Below, piece by piece: positions 24,381 through 35,322 of a stretch of DNA of 43,000 nucleotides. The position numbers and the translations under genes are program-made. Position 1 is the first letter of the stretch. Every line of letters starts with the position of its first letter. The DNA comes from a virus (Duplodnaviria > Caudoviricetes). The notes beneath the pieces were generated by a model, which worked only from the letters and a program-made list of their open reading frames with translations, ran no database searches and was not told the DNA's origin. The stretch covers positions 1-43,000 of the IMG/VR virus record IMGVR_UViG_3300032332_000873. One strand, written 5' to 3'.

Positions 24381-27300
24381 ATGTCTAGCCCATCAAACTT
24401 ATACGCAGAAAAAATTTATTCAGAGCACCCAACCCTCTTGTGGGCCCTTGACGACCAGTGCGATTATATTTCTTTAATTTCAGAAGATCAAAGAAAAGTC
24501 TATAATTGGACTCCGACTGATGGAATTCTTTCAAATTCTTCTGCTACCGATGAGCCATTTCCAACAAGTTCCGTAACAAAGGTTGTTGGAAATAAAACTA
24601 AGACTGGCACAAAAATTGTTAGCCCAGACCTTTTTAGATTTAAAACGTTAGACTCTAATTTTGGTACATTTGCTTTAAGTGGATATATTTATTCAAAGAG
24701 TCAATATATTGCTGGTATAGATATTGGCTATGAATACTATGATGCAACTAGTGGAAGCCTAGTAACAAAAACTAGACAGTTTATAACATCAATACCTAAC
24801 AAATGGCTTCATGTAGCCGAAACTTTTTCAATACCCACAGATGATGTGTATTGTAGAATTGTGATATCAATTAACTATATTCCTGGTGGAACAGATGAGG
24901 ATTATGAGTTTTTGATTAATGGAGTAACTGCTGGTCAGTGGTCTGAAGAATTTAATGCAACATCTTTAGGACAAACAAAGATATCTTTACCTACTTCAAT
25001 TAATTTACCAGCATCAAATGCTATACCAGCATATGCATATGGACTTGAAGATAAACAGGGATATTACTTGGTTAATGAAAATAAACTTCTTGCAAAAAAT
25101 TCAGGTGCCCCAATGGTTTTTGGATCTTCAAATATTACAACACTACAACAGCCAGAATCTGGTCCATCTGTCATTGTTCCAGGAAATGGATTCTTAAATG
25201 ATTTTGGCAAATTTAAAGAACAGACTTTAGAGTTTTGGATGAGAGCCCACTCTTATACTTCTATTCCAAAAAGAATTGTGGGTCCAATATCTTCCGATGA
25301 TGGGTTATGGGTTAACGGCCCTTTTCTTATATTAAAAATTGGCAATCAAACACAGTCGTACTCTGTAGGAGAATGGTATAGGCCAATGCTTATACATATA
25401 AGATATAGCAGGTCATCTGTTTCTATGTTTATTAATGGAGACGAAGTTATATCACTAAACATATCTTTACAAAACCTATCTTTTCCAACTAAAACAACAA
25501 ACTCAAAAGATAATGACTGGATTGGATTTTATACATATGACGATGTGTCTCCTTTTGAGGTGGACTGTGTTGCAATTTATTCATATAAGATTCCAGCAAT
25601 TGTTGCAAAAAGACGTTTTGTTTATGGTCAAGGCGTTGAGTATCCAGAGCAGATAAATGCTGCTTATGGTGGAAAATCAGCAGTAATCGATTATCCATTT
25701 TCAAAATACTCAAATAACTACAATTACCCAGACATTGGCAATTGGTCACAAGGATATTTATCAAATCTATCTATAGTAAACAATTCATTACAATTCCCAA
25801 AATATGATTTGCCAGAAATACGACTATCAAATAAAACTGAGGCTGAGTTTTATTCGAAAATGCATGAATCTCAAAATGAAATTGGTACACACTTTTTAAC
25901 ATTTCAACCAGAAGGATGGTCTTCAACCCAAGGTTATTTATATTTTCCAAAATTTGAAATGCTTACCACCCAGGTTAAGTCATTTTATGGGATATTTAAA
26001 ACAAAAAAGAACATAACTCAAACTGGTGGGCAAATACTTTTTAAAGTAGTAGACTCTACTAATCAAAATTTCTTTTGTATAAGGCTTGACAATGGAGCAT
26101 TAATATATTCTATTAAAATAGGAAATACCGAAGAGATACTATATTCAACATATTTTCGTGTAGGAGAAATTTTTGGTGTTGGTATAAATATTGATAGATT
26201 TATATCGCAGTTTGGGTTGGCTACTGCTTCATTTTTTGGAAATCGATCATCACTAGAAGTCTATGTTGGTGGGGACTCTAGCAATCTAAATACATTTAGT
26301 GGCAATATTTATAGTATTAGTTTTGCAAATGATAAACAATCTCTTAGTGTTGATGAAGCATTTAATAGTTGGGGAGTTCCACTAGACTATGAAAACTTTT
26401 TTGCAGAGTTTTCATTAGAGACTGGACTTGGAGAGTTTGATTTTGATGCAGGAACTTATAGTAGGTTGGTCTGGGAACACATAGCAGATGGAGGTACCCC
26501 AAACTCCTTTACTACAGAGACGCTGCGTGGAAATCCATCATCATACAGTATATTCCCAAGAACATATTTTGATAAATACTACCTAGATATTTCTTCAGTT
26601 GGATACTGGGAAGATTCTATTCCACTAAGTTATTTAGCCAAATATGTTCAGGATGAGTCTGGAGATAGTTATTATGATCTAGACTTTATACAACTAAATG
26701 TAAACTATCCAGCCCCAGCAAAATATGTTGAGTCAGAAACGCTTAGCCAATGGAACTATGGAGAAGCAAAAACTGTAGTCGTAGACGGGGTTACAAAAAC
26801 ATTAAAATCTTTAAAGCAAGAATATTCTGAGCCAGTTCAAAAATCTTATTCATTTTTACAAAATCATTTATTTACTGGCTATGAGTCATATACAGATCTT
26901 AAAAATAAAAGCATAAAAACTTATGCCTATGACACATATGATTCTTTTATAAAAACTTATGTTACATTTAAGTTTAACTCAGAATTAACAAAAACCTATG
27001 GAGATTATACAGACTTGACTATGGCTCCAAAGAATGGCGTAATTTCTCCAGGAGATGAATGGATAACCACTAAGTATGAATTTGTTGACGGGATGGTTGT
27101 TTATCCACCACCAAGTGTAAACTTTTCTGATTTATCTATAACTGTACATGTTGAATTTTTTACTGATGGACAATCTAGAAGCCCAGTTGTTCTAAAACAA
27201 TTACAGTTGGCATCTCAAGCATTTAATAATACAATGCCAAATCCAATAGGAACTAAACTTGGCATGGATATATATCCGTATAAAGTATCTGGGCTTTACT

Positions 27301-28112
27301 ATGATAACAAGTCTCAAAATCCATTTTCAATATATAAAGGAAGCACTCCATATTTTTATTTAACAAGAAATAGTGGAATCAAAGTTCTTGGAGATTTTGA
27401 ACCTTTTGTTGAGCGTGGCATTTCTATTCCCATTAATAACCATAAGAATTCTAAGTTTGATTTAATGGCAGCACAATTTGCCTTTAGGTATGATCAAGAC
27501 TTTTTCCCATACTCTCCAACAGAAATATTTAACTTTAGTAATAATAGTAAAAAGATTAGGTTTTATGTTGTTGCAACAGACCCAAATGGAAAGCGTGGAA
27601 AAATCTATGCTATAAGTTCAAAAACTGGGCAAATTGAAAATGGATTATCTTTTTATCTTAATGGAAAAGTTGTCAAAGATTTAGTTATAACGGCTCAAGA
27701 GTGGAACTACTTTGGACTCAGTTTTGTTGACTTATTAAATATGGATACTATTTCGGGAGAACTCAATTTTAATGGTCCAGGAACATTCAATAATGTTTCT
27801 TTATATGAGGCCTCAAGACTTACAGAGGTCAGAGATGTTCAGAAAAGGCCATGGTTTAGAGTAAAAGTAACTAACGACCCTACAAGTTTTTACGATTGGG
27901 ATTTTTGGGATTTCTACAACTATTTATGGGATGGTGTTTTAGTGACAGCAACCCGAAGTACATATGGGGCAAATCCAGAAGAAATCTACAGTGCCTATAT
28001 TGGAACAAATAAATTTATTGTTGATGACATTTTGCCATTTTCTATAGGAAACTATGAATATTCTGTAAATTCTGATATTAGATGGCAGGGCGTAATACCA
28101 ACTACTGCCTAA
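24381..28112 (+). CDS. large beta-rich virion structural protein (concanavalin/LamG-like segments; minor tail or baseplate)
   Basis: 1243 aa; YAEKI.SEHP..LW.LDD N-terminus, TLEFW...W....HI.....MFING LamG-like pattern; AGGAG SD. Confidence 0.6.
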   Translation: MSSPSNLYAEKIYSEHPTLLWALDDQCDYISLISEDQRKVYNWTPTDGILSNSSATDEPFPTSSVTKVVGNKTKTGTKIVSPDLFRFKTLDSNFGTFALSGYIYSKSQYIAGIDIGYEYYDATSGSLVTKTRQFITSIPNKWLHVAETFSIPTDDVYCRIVISINYIPGGTDEDYEFLINGVTAGQWSEEFNATSLGQTKISLPTSINLPASNAIPAYAYGLEDKQGYYLVNENKLLAKNSGAPMVFGSSNITTLQQPESGPSVIVPGNGFLNDFGKFKEQTLEFWMRAHSYTSIPKRIVGPISSDDGLWVNGPFLILKIGNQTQSYSVGEWYRPMLIHIRYSRSSVSMFINGDEVISLNISLQNLSFPTKTTNSKDNDWIGFYTYDDVSPFEVDCVAIYSYKIPAIVAKRRFVYGQGVEYPEQINAAYGGKSAVIDYPFSKYSNNYNYPDIGNWSQGYLSNLSIVNNSLQFPKYDLPEIRLSNKTEAEFYSKMHESQNEIGTHFLTFQPEGWSSTQGYLYFPKFEMLTTQVKSFYGIFKTKKNITQTGGQILFKVVDSTNQNFFCIRLDNGALIYSIKIGNTEEILYSTYFRVGEIFGVGINIDRFISQFGLATASFFGNRSSLEVYVGGDSSNLNTFSGNIYSISFANDKQSLSVDEAFNSWGVPLDYENFFAEFSLETGLGEFDFDAGTYSRLVWEHIADGGTPNSFTTETLRGNPSSYSIFPRTYFDKYYLDISSVGYWEDSIPLSYLAKYVQDESGDSYYDLDFIQLNVNYPAPAKYVESETLSQWNYGEAKTVVVDGVTKTLKSLKQEYSEPVQKSYSFLQNHLFTGYESYTDLKNKSIKTYAYDTYDSFIKTYVTFKFNSELTKTYGDYTDLTMAPKNGVISPGDEWITTKYEFVDGMVVYPPPSVNFSDLSITVHVEFFTDGQSRSPVVLKQLQLASQAFNNTMPNPIGTKLGMDIYPYKVSGLYYDNKSQNPFSIYKGSTPYFYLTRNSGIKVLGDFEPFVERGISIPINNHKNSKFDLMAAQFAFRYDQDFFPYSPTEIFNFSNNSKKIRFYVVATDPNGKRGKIYAISSKTGQIENGLSFYLNGKVVKDLVITAQEWNYFGLSFVDLLNMDTISGELNFNGPGTFNNVSLYEASRLTEVRDVQKRPWFRVKVTNDPTSFYDWDFWDFYNYLWDGVLVTATRSTYGANPEEIYSAYIGTNKFIVDDILPFSIGNYEYSVNSDIRWQGVIPTTA

Positions 28113-28130
28113 TATGGTATACTTATGGTT

Positions 28131-28517
28131 ATGGATTCATTAATTAACCCTGAAACTGGGCAACCAATTGTAAAAAATGTTAGACGCCAAGTCATTGATA
28201 AGATGTATGACTGGGGACTTTACGTTTATAAGAAGTCTGATGGTAAATGGTTTACTGACGGGACAGGATCTGTATTAAATATCCCAGCAATGAAAAACGA
28301 TATTGGAAGAATTTCAGAATTAAAAAAAGCAGCCATGCACTACGGTGATGATGGCCAAGGTACAGCAGTATTTGTTCCAGGATTGACAAGAGTTTCTGAA
28401 GAAGAATATTCTGAGCAGGTTGATAGGTTTAAATCTGGTTTGATTCCATCTATGAATGATCTTGGCGCAGTACAAGCAGCAAAAGATACGATTGCCCTTT
28501 ATGGAGATGAAGAATAA
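28131..28517 (+). CDS. hypothetical protein preceding the portal, leaderless
   Basis: TGGTATACT 28115-28123 lies 7 nt before ATG 28131; TAATG coupled to portal. Confidence 0.65.
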   Translation: MDSLINPETGQPIVKNVRRQVIDKMYDWGLYVYKKSDGKWFTDGTGSVLNIPAMKNDIGRISELKKAAMHYGDDGQGTAVFVPGLTRVSEEEYSEQVDRFKSGLIPSMNDLGAVQAAKDTIALYGDEE

Positions 28518-30127
28518 TGGAAGAAGAAAAAGAATATTTTGTTGGGGCAAGAATAGACCAACTATCTGAAGAGATAAATAGGTTTCAAGAACTAGATCCC
28601 TTTAATAAGTCCTGGGATGAAATAAAAAACTTTAATGGCCTAGATGCTAATTTTAAACGTAGGTCTCAGAGAATTGTAAAGCAAGAGGTTACGGATGCAT
28701 ATCTTGAATCTGCTTCTGCAGGAAAAGTTGGTATAAGTGGTGCCAAGTCTAAAGAAATTAATCCAGGAACTGTTTTTAGAAATGCCTACGGATTATTTGA
28801 TGTAATTACCCCGCCATGGAATGTTTATGAGTTGGCAAACTACTATGATACATCTTTTGCTAATCACGCAGCAATTGATGCTAAAGTGGAAAATATTGTA
28901 GGTCTTGGATATGACTTTGAAATATCTCCAAGAACAATGCTTAAACTTGAGGCATCAACTGATAGCGGTGCAACAGACCGTGCTCGCAAAAGAATTGAAA
29001 GAGCAAAGATAGAGGTAAGAGATTGGCTTGAATCTTTAAATGATGATGATTCATTTACTTCGACAATGGAAAAAGTTTATACTGACCTTGAGTCAATTGG
29101 AAATGGTTATCTAGAAATAGGAAGAACAACACGTGGAGATATTGGATATGTTGGACATATACCAGCAACAACAATGCGTGTCAGACGATTAAGAGATGGA
29201 TATATCCAAATAATTGGAAATAAAACTGTATATTTTAGAAATTTTGGGGCAAAGAATCAAAACATGATTACTGATGATCCAAGACCAAATGAGATTATAC
29301 ATTTTAAATCATACTCACCATTAAATACATTTTATGGTGTTCCAGATGTAATGTCAGCAGTTTCTGCTCTTATTGGAGACGCACTTGCTTCTCAATACAA
29401 CATTGACTACTTTAGCAATAAGGCTGTGCCAAGATATGTTGTAACTTTAAAGGGTGCAAAACTATCTGCTGATGCAGAAGACAAAATGTTCCGTTTTCTA
29501 CAAACAAGTCTAAAGGGGCAGTCTCATAGAACTCTTTATATACCGCTTCCTGGAGATAGTGATACAAACAAGGTTGACTTTAAGATGGAGCCAATTGAAA
29601 ATGGTGTTCAGGAGGGTTCTTTTGAAAAGTATAGAAAACAAAATCGTGATGATATTCTTGTAGCACACCAAGTCCCACTCTCAAAACTTGGAGGCTCAGA
29701 TTCATCTGCCATTGCAGCAGCATTAGCACAAGATCGTACATTTAAAGAACAGGTTGCTCGTCCAGCACAGGCTCAACTTGAAAAGATGATTAATAAAATT
29801 GTTCGTGAAAAAACAGACATATTAGACTTTAAGTTTAATGAACTTACATTAACTGATGAAATTGCTCAATCTCAGATACTTGAAAGATATGTCAAGAATC
29901 AGATTATGGTTCCAAATGAAGCACGTCAGATCCTTGGCCTATCTCAAAGAGATGGTGGAGATGATCCGTTAGATCTAAAGCCACAGCAGGCTGCCGAAGC
30001 AACCGCTAATCGTTCAAGAGACTCAGAAAGAACAAACAATAATTCTGACAGCCCCTCAACAGTATCTGGTAGAAACCCAAAAGGAGAAGGCAGAAAACTT
30101 GATGAGTTGTCTGATTTGTCCGAATAG
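28517..30127 (+). CDS. phage portal protein (PBSX/HK97-like)
   Basis: GNGYLEI.R, HIPATTMR, NEIIHFK.YSP...YGVP, YFSNKAVP, ILVAHQVP..LG, MVPNEARQILGL. Confidence 0.9.
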   Translation: MEEEKEYFVGARIDQLSEEINRFQELDPFNKSWDEIKNFNGLDANFKRRSQRIVKQEVTDAYLESASAGKVGISGAKSKEINPGTVFRNAYGLFDVITPPWNVYELANYYDTSFANHAAIDAKVENIVGLGYDFEISPRTMLKLEASTDSGATDRARKRIERAKIEVRDWLESLNDDDSFTSTMEKVYTDLESIGNGYLEIGRTTRGDIGYVGHIPATTMRVRRLRDGYIQIIGNKTVYFRNFGAKNQNMITDDPRPNEIIHFKSYSPLNTFYGVPDVMSAVSALIGDALASQYNIDYFSNKAVPRYVVTLKGAKLSADAEDKMFRFLQTSLKGQSHRTLYIPLPGDSDTNKVDFKMEPIENGVQEGSFEKYRKQNRDDILVAHQVPLSKLGGSDSSAIAAALAQDRTFKEQVARPAQAQLEKMINKIVREKTDILDFKFNELTLTDEIAQSQILERYVKNQIMVPNEARQILGLSQRDGGDDPLDLKPQQAAEATANRSRDSERTNNNSDSPSTVSGRNPKGEGRKLDELSDLSE

Positions 30128-30159
30128 TAAGATATTGCAAAAAAGGGGTTTATAATATA

Positions 30160-31482
30160 ATGGTGAGCAGCATATCCAAAGCCCATTGGAATTCAGATGG
30201 GGAAAATCTACGTCTTTCAATGCCTTTGACAAAGGTTGATGAACAACGTCGAATAGTTTCAGGATTTGCCTCTTTAGATAACCTAGATAAACAAATGGAC
30301 ATTGTTACATCAGAAGCGTCAATGAGCGCTTTTGCAAAGTTTCGTGGTAATATTAGAGAAATGCATCAGCCATCTGCAATTGGTAAAATGGTAGATTTTA
30401 AAGAAGATAAATATTTTGATCCAGAAACAAAGAAATTTTATTCTGGTGTTTTTGTTTCTGCATATATTTCAAAAGGTGCCCAGGATGCTTGGGAAAAGGT
30501 TCTGGATGGAACGTATACTGGTTTTTCAATTGGCGGAAGAATGAACAAATGGGATGATGGATATGACGAAAAGTCAGATTCACAAATTAGAATTATTAAA
30601 GAATATGATTTAGTTGAATTGAGTCTTGTAGATTCTCCAGCAAATCAATTTGCAAATATTATGTCTGTTGAAAAAGTTAATGGATTAGATGTTGTAAAAG
30701 GTGATGAAACTATTTTAGAGAATGTTTTTTATGATAAAGAATCTGGCATTGTTATGGTTTCAGAAAATGAATCTGAGGTTAGCCCAACCACAGGAATCGA
30801 AATGGAAAACATAGGGTTCGTTGAAAAAACGGATAATGAAAAGGTTACAATGATAAAATTCTTAGTTGATAGTGCTAAAGGCATTAATACTTCTAAGATT
30901 AACAAGGAGGTAGAACCTATGACAAAAGCAACAAAGAAGGCATCAGAAGAAGTTATTGAAAAAACTGACGTCGTAGTTGAAGAAGTCCAGGTCGCTCCAG
31001 AGGTTGATGCCGTAGTTGAATCACCAGCAGAGGAAGTTGCAAAAACTGATGAAGTTCAAGCAACAGAAGAAATTGTGAAGTCTGAAGAGACTCCTGCAGT
31101 TATTGTTGAAGAAACTACTACAGAGGTATCTAAGTCAGATGATGTAATTGAAACAATTACAGAGATCAAGAATACTCTAACATCCGCCTTTAGCGATCTA
31201 GTAGCAACAGTCAAGTCTTTGCAGTCTGAAGTGGAAGCACTTAAGATTTCAAAAGTTGACGTTGAAGTAGCAAAAGACTCATTTGAAGCAGTTGCAAAAG
31301 ATATTGCATCAGCAACAGATGTATTTAATGAATTTGGTAAGCGTGTAGAACTTGTAGAGCAAGATACTGCTTTCCGAAAGTCTGGCGATCTCGGAGAGAT
31401 TGTACAGAATCAGCCTGAAATGGTTGAAAAATCCATATGGGGCGGAAGTTTCCTCAAAACAACCGATCTATTTAAAGTATAA
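30160..31482 (+). CDS. prohead protease (HK97-type) fused to an acidic coiled-coil scaffold
   Basis: RIVSGFAS..NLD, REMH, YTGFSIGG, ELSLVDSPAN; Glu-rich C-terminal half; start may be GTG 30163. Confidence 0.88.
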   Translation: MVSSISKAHWNSDGENLRLSMPLTKVDEQRRIVSGFASLDNLDKQMDIVTSEASMSAFAKFRGNIREMHQPSAIGKMVDFKEDKYFDPETKKFYSGVFVSAYISKGAQDAWEKVLDGTYTGFSIGGRMNKWDDGYDEKSDSQIRIIKEYDLVELSLVDSPANQFANIMSVEKVNGLDVVKGDETILENVFYDKESGIVMVSENESEVSPTTGIEMENIGFVEKTDNEKVTMIKFLVDSAKGINTSKINKEVEPMTKATKKASEEVIEKTDVVVEEVQVAPEVDAVVESPAEEVAKTDEVQATEEIVKSEETPAVIVEETTTEVSKSDDVIETITEIKNTLTSAFSDLVATVKSLQSEVEALKISKVDVEVAKDSFEAVAKDIASATDVFNEFGKRVELVEQDTAFRKSGDLGEIVQNQPEMVEKSIWGGSFLKTTDLFKV

Positions 31483-31502
31483 AGTCACTTGGAGGTGAAA
31501 TA

Positions 31503-32636
31503 ATGTCGGAACAAAATATAGAAAAGAATCAGCCAGGAACTGCTGGTAACGTGGGCGGAACCGCCCCAGGTCTTTACCAAGGACAAGGCGCATTCGTTTC
31601 AGGAGGAATTGGTGGAGTATCAAACCCAGGCGCAAGCACATTGGGAAATACACCAGTAGCAACTCTTGGAGAGACTACAGGTCCGAATGCTGTAAACCCT
31701 TCGGGTGGCGCAGCATCTGGAATTCTACGTCCTGAGCAGGCACGTCGTTTTATCGACTATGTTTGGGATGCAACAGTACTTGCTAATGATGGCCGTAAGG
31801 TCACAATGCGAGCAAACTCTATGGAACTTGAAAAGGTAAACGTAGGAGAGCGTGTAATTCGTTCAGCAGCACAAGCAGATGGTACATATACAAACACAGG
31901 AGCAACATTCTCAAAGGTCGAATTAACTACAAAGAAGATTCGTCTTGACTGGGAAGTTTCTGCTGAAGCACTTGAAGATGGCGTAGAAGGAGATGCTCTT
32001 GAGGATCACCTAGTACGTTTGATGACAAATGCGTTTGCAAATGATATCGAAGACTTGGCAATTAACGGCGATGGAACAACATCACCATTCCTTAACATCA
32101 TGACTGGTTTCGTAAAGAAGACCAAGACTGGTGGAAAGGCACATGAAGCAGTAGTAACCGTAGCAGATAATGCTTGGACTCCTGATGTTATGCAAAAGGT
32201 TATCAACGCAATGCCACGTAAGTACCGTGCACTTAAGAATAATCTTAAGTTCTACGCAGGTACAGATGCATTTGGAGGAATCGTTAAGAATAACGGTACC
32301 CTTGCAGATGCAGTTGCTGAAGCATTCGCTGGTCAAATCCCAGGAAGCACACAAGCAAACCGTCAGAACTATCTAGACGGACTTGGACAGACATTCGGTG
32401 GAGCACGTACAACTCGTGTTCTTGGAATTGAAGTTCAGGAAGTACCTTACTACCCTGCAGGGTATGTCGACTTGACATTCCCTTCAAACCGTGTATGGGG
32501 TATGCAACGTGACATCACTGTAAACCGTGAATACGTAGCAAAGAAGGACACAATTGAATACACAGTATTCGTCCGCTTTGGTATTCAGTGGGAAGAAGAG
32601 GATGCAATTGCATTCGCTGACGCTGCAGCAGAGTAA
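31503..32636 (+). CDS. major capsid protein (HK97 fold)
   Basis: follows the protease; GILRPEQARRFID, KKIRLDWEVSAEALED, FANDIEDLAINGD; GGAGGTG SD; terminator follows. Confidence 0.92.
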   Translation: MSEQNIEKNQPGTAGNVGGTAPGLYQGQGAFVSGGIGGVSNPGASTLGNTPVATLGETTGPNAVNPSGGAASGILRPEQARRFIDYVWDATVLANDGRKVTMRANSMELEKVNVGERVIRSAAQADGTYTNTGATFSKVELTTKKIRLDWEVSAEALEDGVEGDALEDHLVRLMTNAFANDIEDLAINGDGTTSPFLNIMTGFVKKTKTGGKAHEAVVTVADNAWTPDVMQKVINAMPRKYRALKNNLKFYAGTDAFGGIVKNNGTLADAVAEAFAGQIPGSTQANRQNYLDGLGQTFGGARTTRVLGIEVQEVPYYPAGYVDLTFPSNRVWGMQRDITVNREYVAKKDTIEYTVFVRFGIQWEEEDAIAFADAAAE

Positions 32637-32657
32637 TCTGTAAACAGTACCTTTAAT

Positions 32658-32697
32658 GGGGGGCGGGAGTTCACTCTCCTGTCCCCCTTAATACTTT
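32658..32697 (+). terminator. intrinsic terminator after the major capsid gene
   Basis: GGGGGGCGGGAG-ttcact-CTCCTGTCCCCC hairpin then an AT-rich tail. Confidence 0.75.
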
Positions 32698-32736
32698 AAT
32701 GATATAATACAAACAACACTATTAGGAGGATATTTT

Positions 32737-33291
32737 ATGTTAGAAGATTTAAATAATTCTGGATCATTTTCAGAAGAAGAACTATCAGTTATTGAAGAAA
32801 ACCTTCCAGAGCAACCAGAAGTTGATGACTCAATTAATGATGTTGAGATCATAACTCTTGATTCTATTGACTGGAAAGATGCAGAGCCATTTGTTTATAC
32901 AACTCAGAATGAAGATGGAACTCTTCCAGAAGATGCTCAATTTTCAGAACCAGTTAATCTAGATCCAATTGTCATTGAATTTTTACCAGATGAAGAACCA
33001 GTAGTAATTAGTTCTCCAGTTCCAGTAGAAGTTCCTACAGAGCCATCTTTAGCATTTTTAGATAACGGCGTACTTGGATCAGTTGCACCAGCAGAGCCAG
33101 CACCAGTTGAAACATCAAATCCTGTTTCAGACAAAGTCTTAATTCACTCAGAAAGATCAGTATCTTGGAGTGGCGTCGGCAATGTAATTTGGGGACTTAA
33201 CCTTGTGTCAAAAAAGCAGGCAGATCAATGGTTGACTCGTGACCATGTTAGACTTGCAACTACAGATGAGGCAGCGGAGTTCTCTAAGTAA
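32737..33291 (+). CDS. acidic Pro/Glu-rich hypothetical protein (head-associated?)
   Basis: TGATATAAT 32700-32708 and AGGAGG SD; compact C-terminal domain. Confidence 0.65.
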   Translation: MLEDLNNSGSFSEEELSVIEENLPEQPEVDDSINDVEIITLDSIDWKDAEPFVYTTQNEDGTLPEDAQFSEPVNLDPIVIEFLPDEEPVVISSPVPVEVPTEPSLAFLDNGVLGSVAPAEPAPVETSNPVSDKVLIHSERSVSWSGVGNVIWGLNLVSKKQADQWLTRDHVRLATTDEAAEFSK

Positions 33292-34202
33292 TGAAAATAT
33301 TAAGGGGTTCTCTAGGTATTGCACCAAAGATATCTTTTTTGCTTCCAAGTGATTTACCAACTGGAACTAAAAACATATCTATTAATTTGCAATGCTTAGA
33401 AGAACCATCCTTAAATACTTTAGTATCTACAACTACTACAAAACTTGCAGGTAATCAATATGAAATAACATTACAAGATCTAGACTACTCATATATACTT
33501 AATGTATCTATAAGCAATATTGCAAACTCTCAGGCGTACGCTTGGACTTTTAAAGAGTCGTATGAAGTCATTAGGCCGTATGGAACCTTTACTTCAGGAA
33601 CAGCATCAGAAAATGATGCATGGCATAAAAATGAATCTCTTGCTAGAGCAATAATTGATTCAGTAGTCATTGGTGGATTTTACTCAAAAATTAAAACTGT
33701 TGAAGAAACTGGAAATGGAACAGACTATTTATCTATTTGGGATAGATTCTATGATATTGATTTAGTTACAGAAAATGGACTTGATATTACAGAGGCAATC
33801 GTATTTAGCCCAAACAAGAGTGCCCTTATGAAAACATACACGGAGTATCCACAAAGAAACAGATCAGAAAGTGCCCCATTAATTATTCCAGGAGGCTCTG
33901 GTGACTTATCACCATATGGCTTTAACTATGTAGACTTTCCAGCAGGAGCAAATTATTACATTACTGGAAAATTTGGATATCAATATATTCCATCAGATAT
34001 TAAGCAAGCAGCAGACTTGTTAGTACACGATATAAGTTGTGGTAAGTTAGATTATTATACTAGATATGTTACAACATACAATACAGACCAATATAGAATT
34101 CAATTTGATCCAAAGATGTTCTCAGGAACTGGAAATATAATTGTAGATAGAATATTAAAAAACTACTCAAATGACAAGATAGCAAAGCCTGGAGTCTTGT
34201 AA
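33291..34202 (+). CDS. head-to-tail adaptor
   Basis: ARAIID...G.FGYQYIPSDIKQAADLL...VDRILKNY; position. Confidence 0.7.
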   Translation: MKILRGSLGIAPKISFLLPSDLPTGTKNISINLQCLEEPSLNTLVSTTTTKLAGNQYEITLQDLDYSYILNVSISNIANSQAYAWTFKESYEVIRPYGTFTSGTASENDAWHKNESLARAIIDSVVIGGFYSKIKTVEETGNGTDYLSIWDRFYDIDLVTENGLDITEAIVFSPNKSALMKTYTEYPQRNRSESAPLIIPGGSGDLSPYGFNYVDFPAGANYYITGKFGYQYIPSDIKQAADLLVHDISCGKLDYYTRYVTTYNTDQYRIQFDPKMFSGTGNIIVDRILKNYSNDKIAKPGVL

Positions 34203-34645
34203 TGTTGTGTGAAGGAACAGACTTTGCCTTCCCAATGCAGGCTGACATATATCATGCAATAACAACATCCGACGCTTTTGGTGCTCAAATAAAAAGATGG
34301 GTTCCAGATAGAACAGTTGCTTGTAGTTTTGCATCAGCAGGCTCAGCATTTAAAGAAGAAGTGGTTCCAAATGTCAATATAACAATAAACCAAGTACTTG
34401 TTGGAAGAACTAAAACAGATCCAAGAATATCTTCATATGATAAAGAGGGCATAACTTCTGTAGTTATAACAAATATTAAAGATGCAACTGGGGCAAATGT
34501 TTTTATTGAGACAACTGGTAAAAGAAAATCTGAATCAACAATATTTGAAATAGCAACAATTCAGCCTTACATAGGCCCATTTGGTTCTATTGAATATTAC
34601 AAAATTCTTCTTAAAAGGTCGGAAAGTCAGGACCCAAGAATATGA
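34202..34645 (+). CDS. head closure (stopper) protein
   Basis: position; ADIY....DAFG...W pattern. Confidence 0.6.
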   Translation: MLCEGTDFAFPMQADIYHAITTSDAFGAQIKRWVPDRTVACSFASAGSAFKEEVVPNVNITINQVLVGRTKTDPRISSYDKEGITSVVITNIKDATGANVFIETTGKRKSESTIFEIATIQPYIGPFGSIEYYKILLKRSESQDPRI

Positions 34646-35322
34646 TAAAAGTTAAATTTAATCAAAAGCAATTTATGAGAGATATGAATAACATAGTCAA
34701 CTACTCGTTTGGATTTTTAGACGGGTTAGAAGTAGGAAAGCAAGAACTGTATAGAAGACTTGGACCACAAATAACAGACACAGTTTATAAATACATAGAC
34801 TCAAATGCAAGGGTAAGCCCACAAACACTTCATCATATATATGAGTGGTATCAGACAGGAAGCCCAGAGTCACGACTATATCAAATAAATTACACAATTA
34901 GTAATCGTGGAGTAATATTTTCAAACTCACTAAAACAATCTAATGTAATTAAAAATGGATCTAAGGTACCTTTTTATGACAAGGCACGTATTATGGAGAG
35001 CGGAATGTCCGTTACTATTGAGCCAAGAGAGTCAAAGGTTTTAGCATTTGAAATTGACGGAGAAACTGTATTCACTCCAAACAAGGTAGTTGTTAAAAAT
35101 CCTGGAGGACAAACAGAAGGTCAATTTGCCAAAGTCTTAGATTCATTTTTTAATGTTTATTTTAAGCAATCATTTTTAAGATCAAGTGGATTATCTGAAC
35201 ACTTTAAAAATCCAAAAGTCTTTAAGCAAAATATTAAAAGAGGAAAAAATGGCGGACGCATGGTTGGGCTTAGCACGGGTGCATCATGGGTTGCTAATGC
35301 TTCTTTAAGGATGGCTAACTAA
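34642..35322 (+). CDS. neck or tail-completion protein
   Basis: position between stopper and terminator; TIEP..SKVLAF...GE.VF...V motif. Confidence 0.55.
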   Translation: MIKVKFNQKQFMRDMNNIVNYSFGFLDGLEVGKQELYRRLGPQITDTVYKYIDSNARVSPQTLHHIYEWYQTGSPESRLYQINYTISNRGVIFSNSLKQSNVIKNGSKVPFYDKARIMESGMSVTIEPRESKVLAFEIDGETVFTPNKVVVKNPGGQTEGQFAKVLDSFFNVYFKQSFLRSSGLSEHFKNPKVFKQNIKRGKNGGRMVGLSTGASWVANASLRMAN

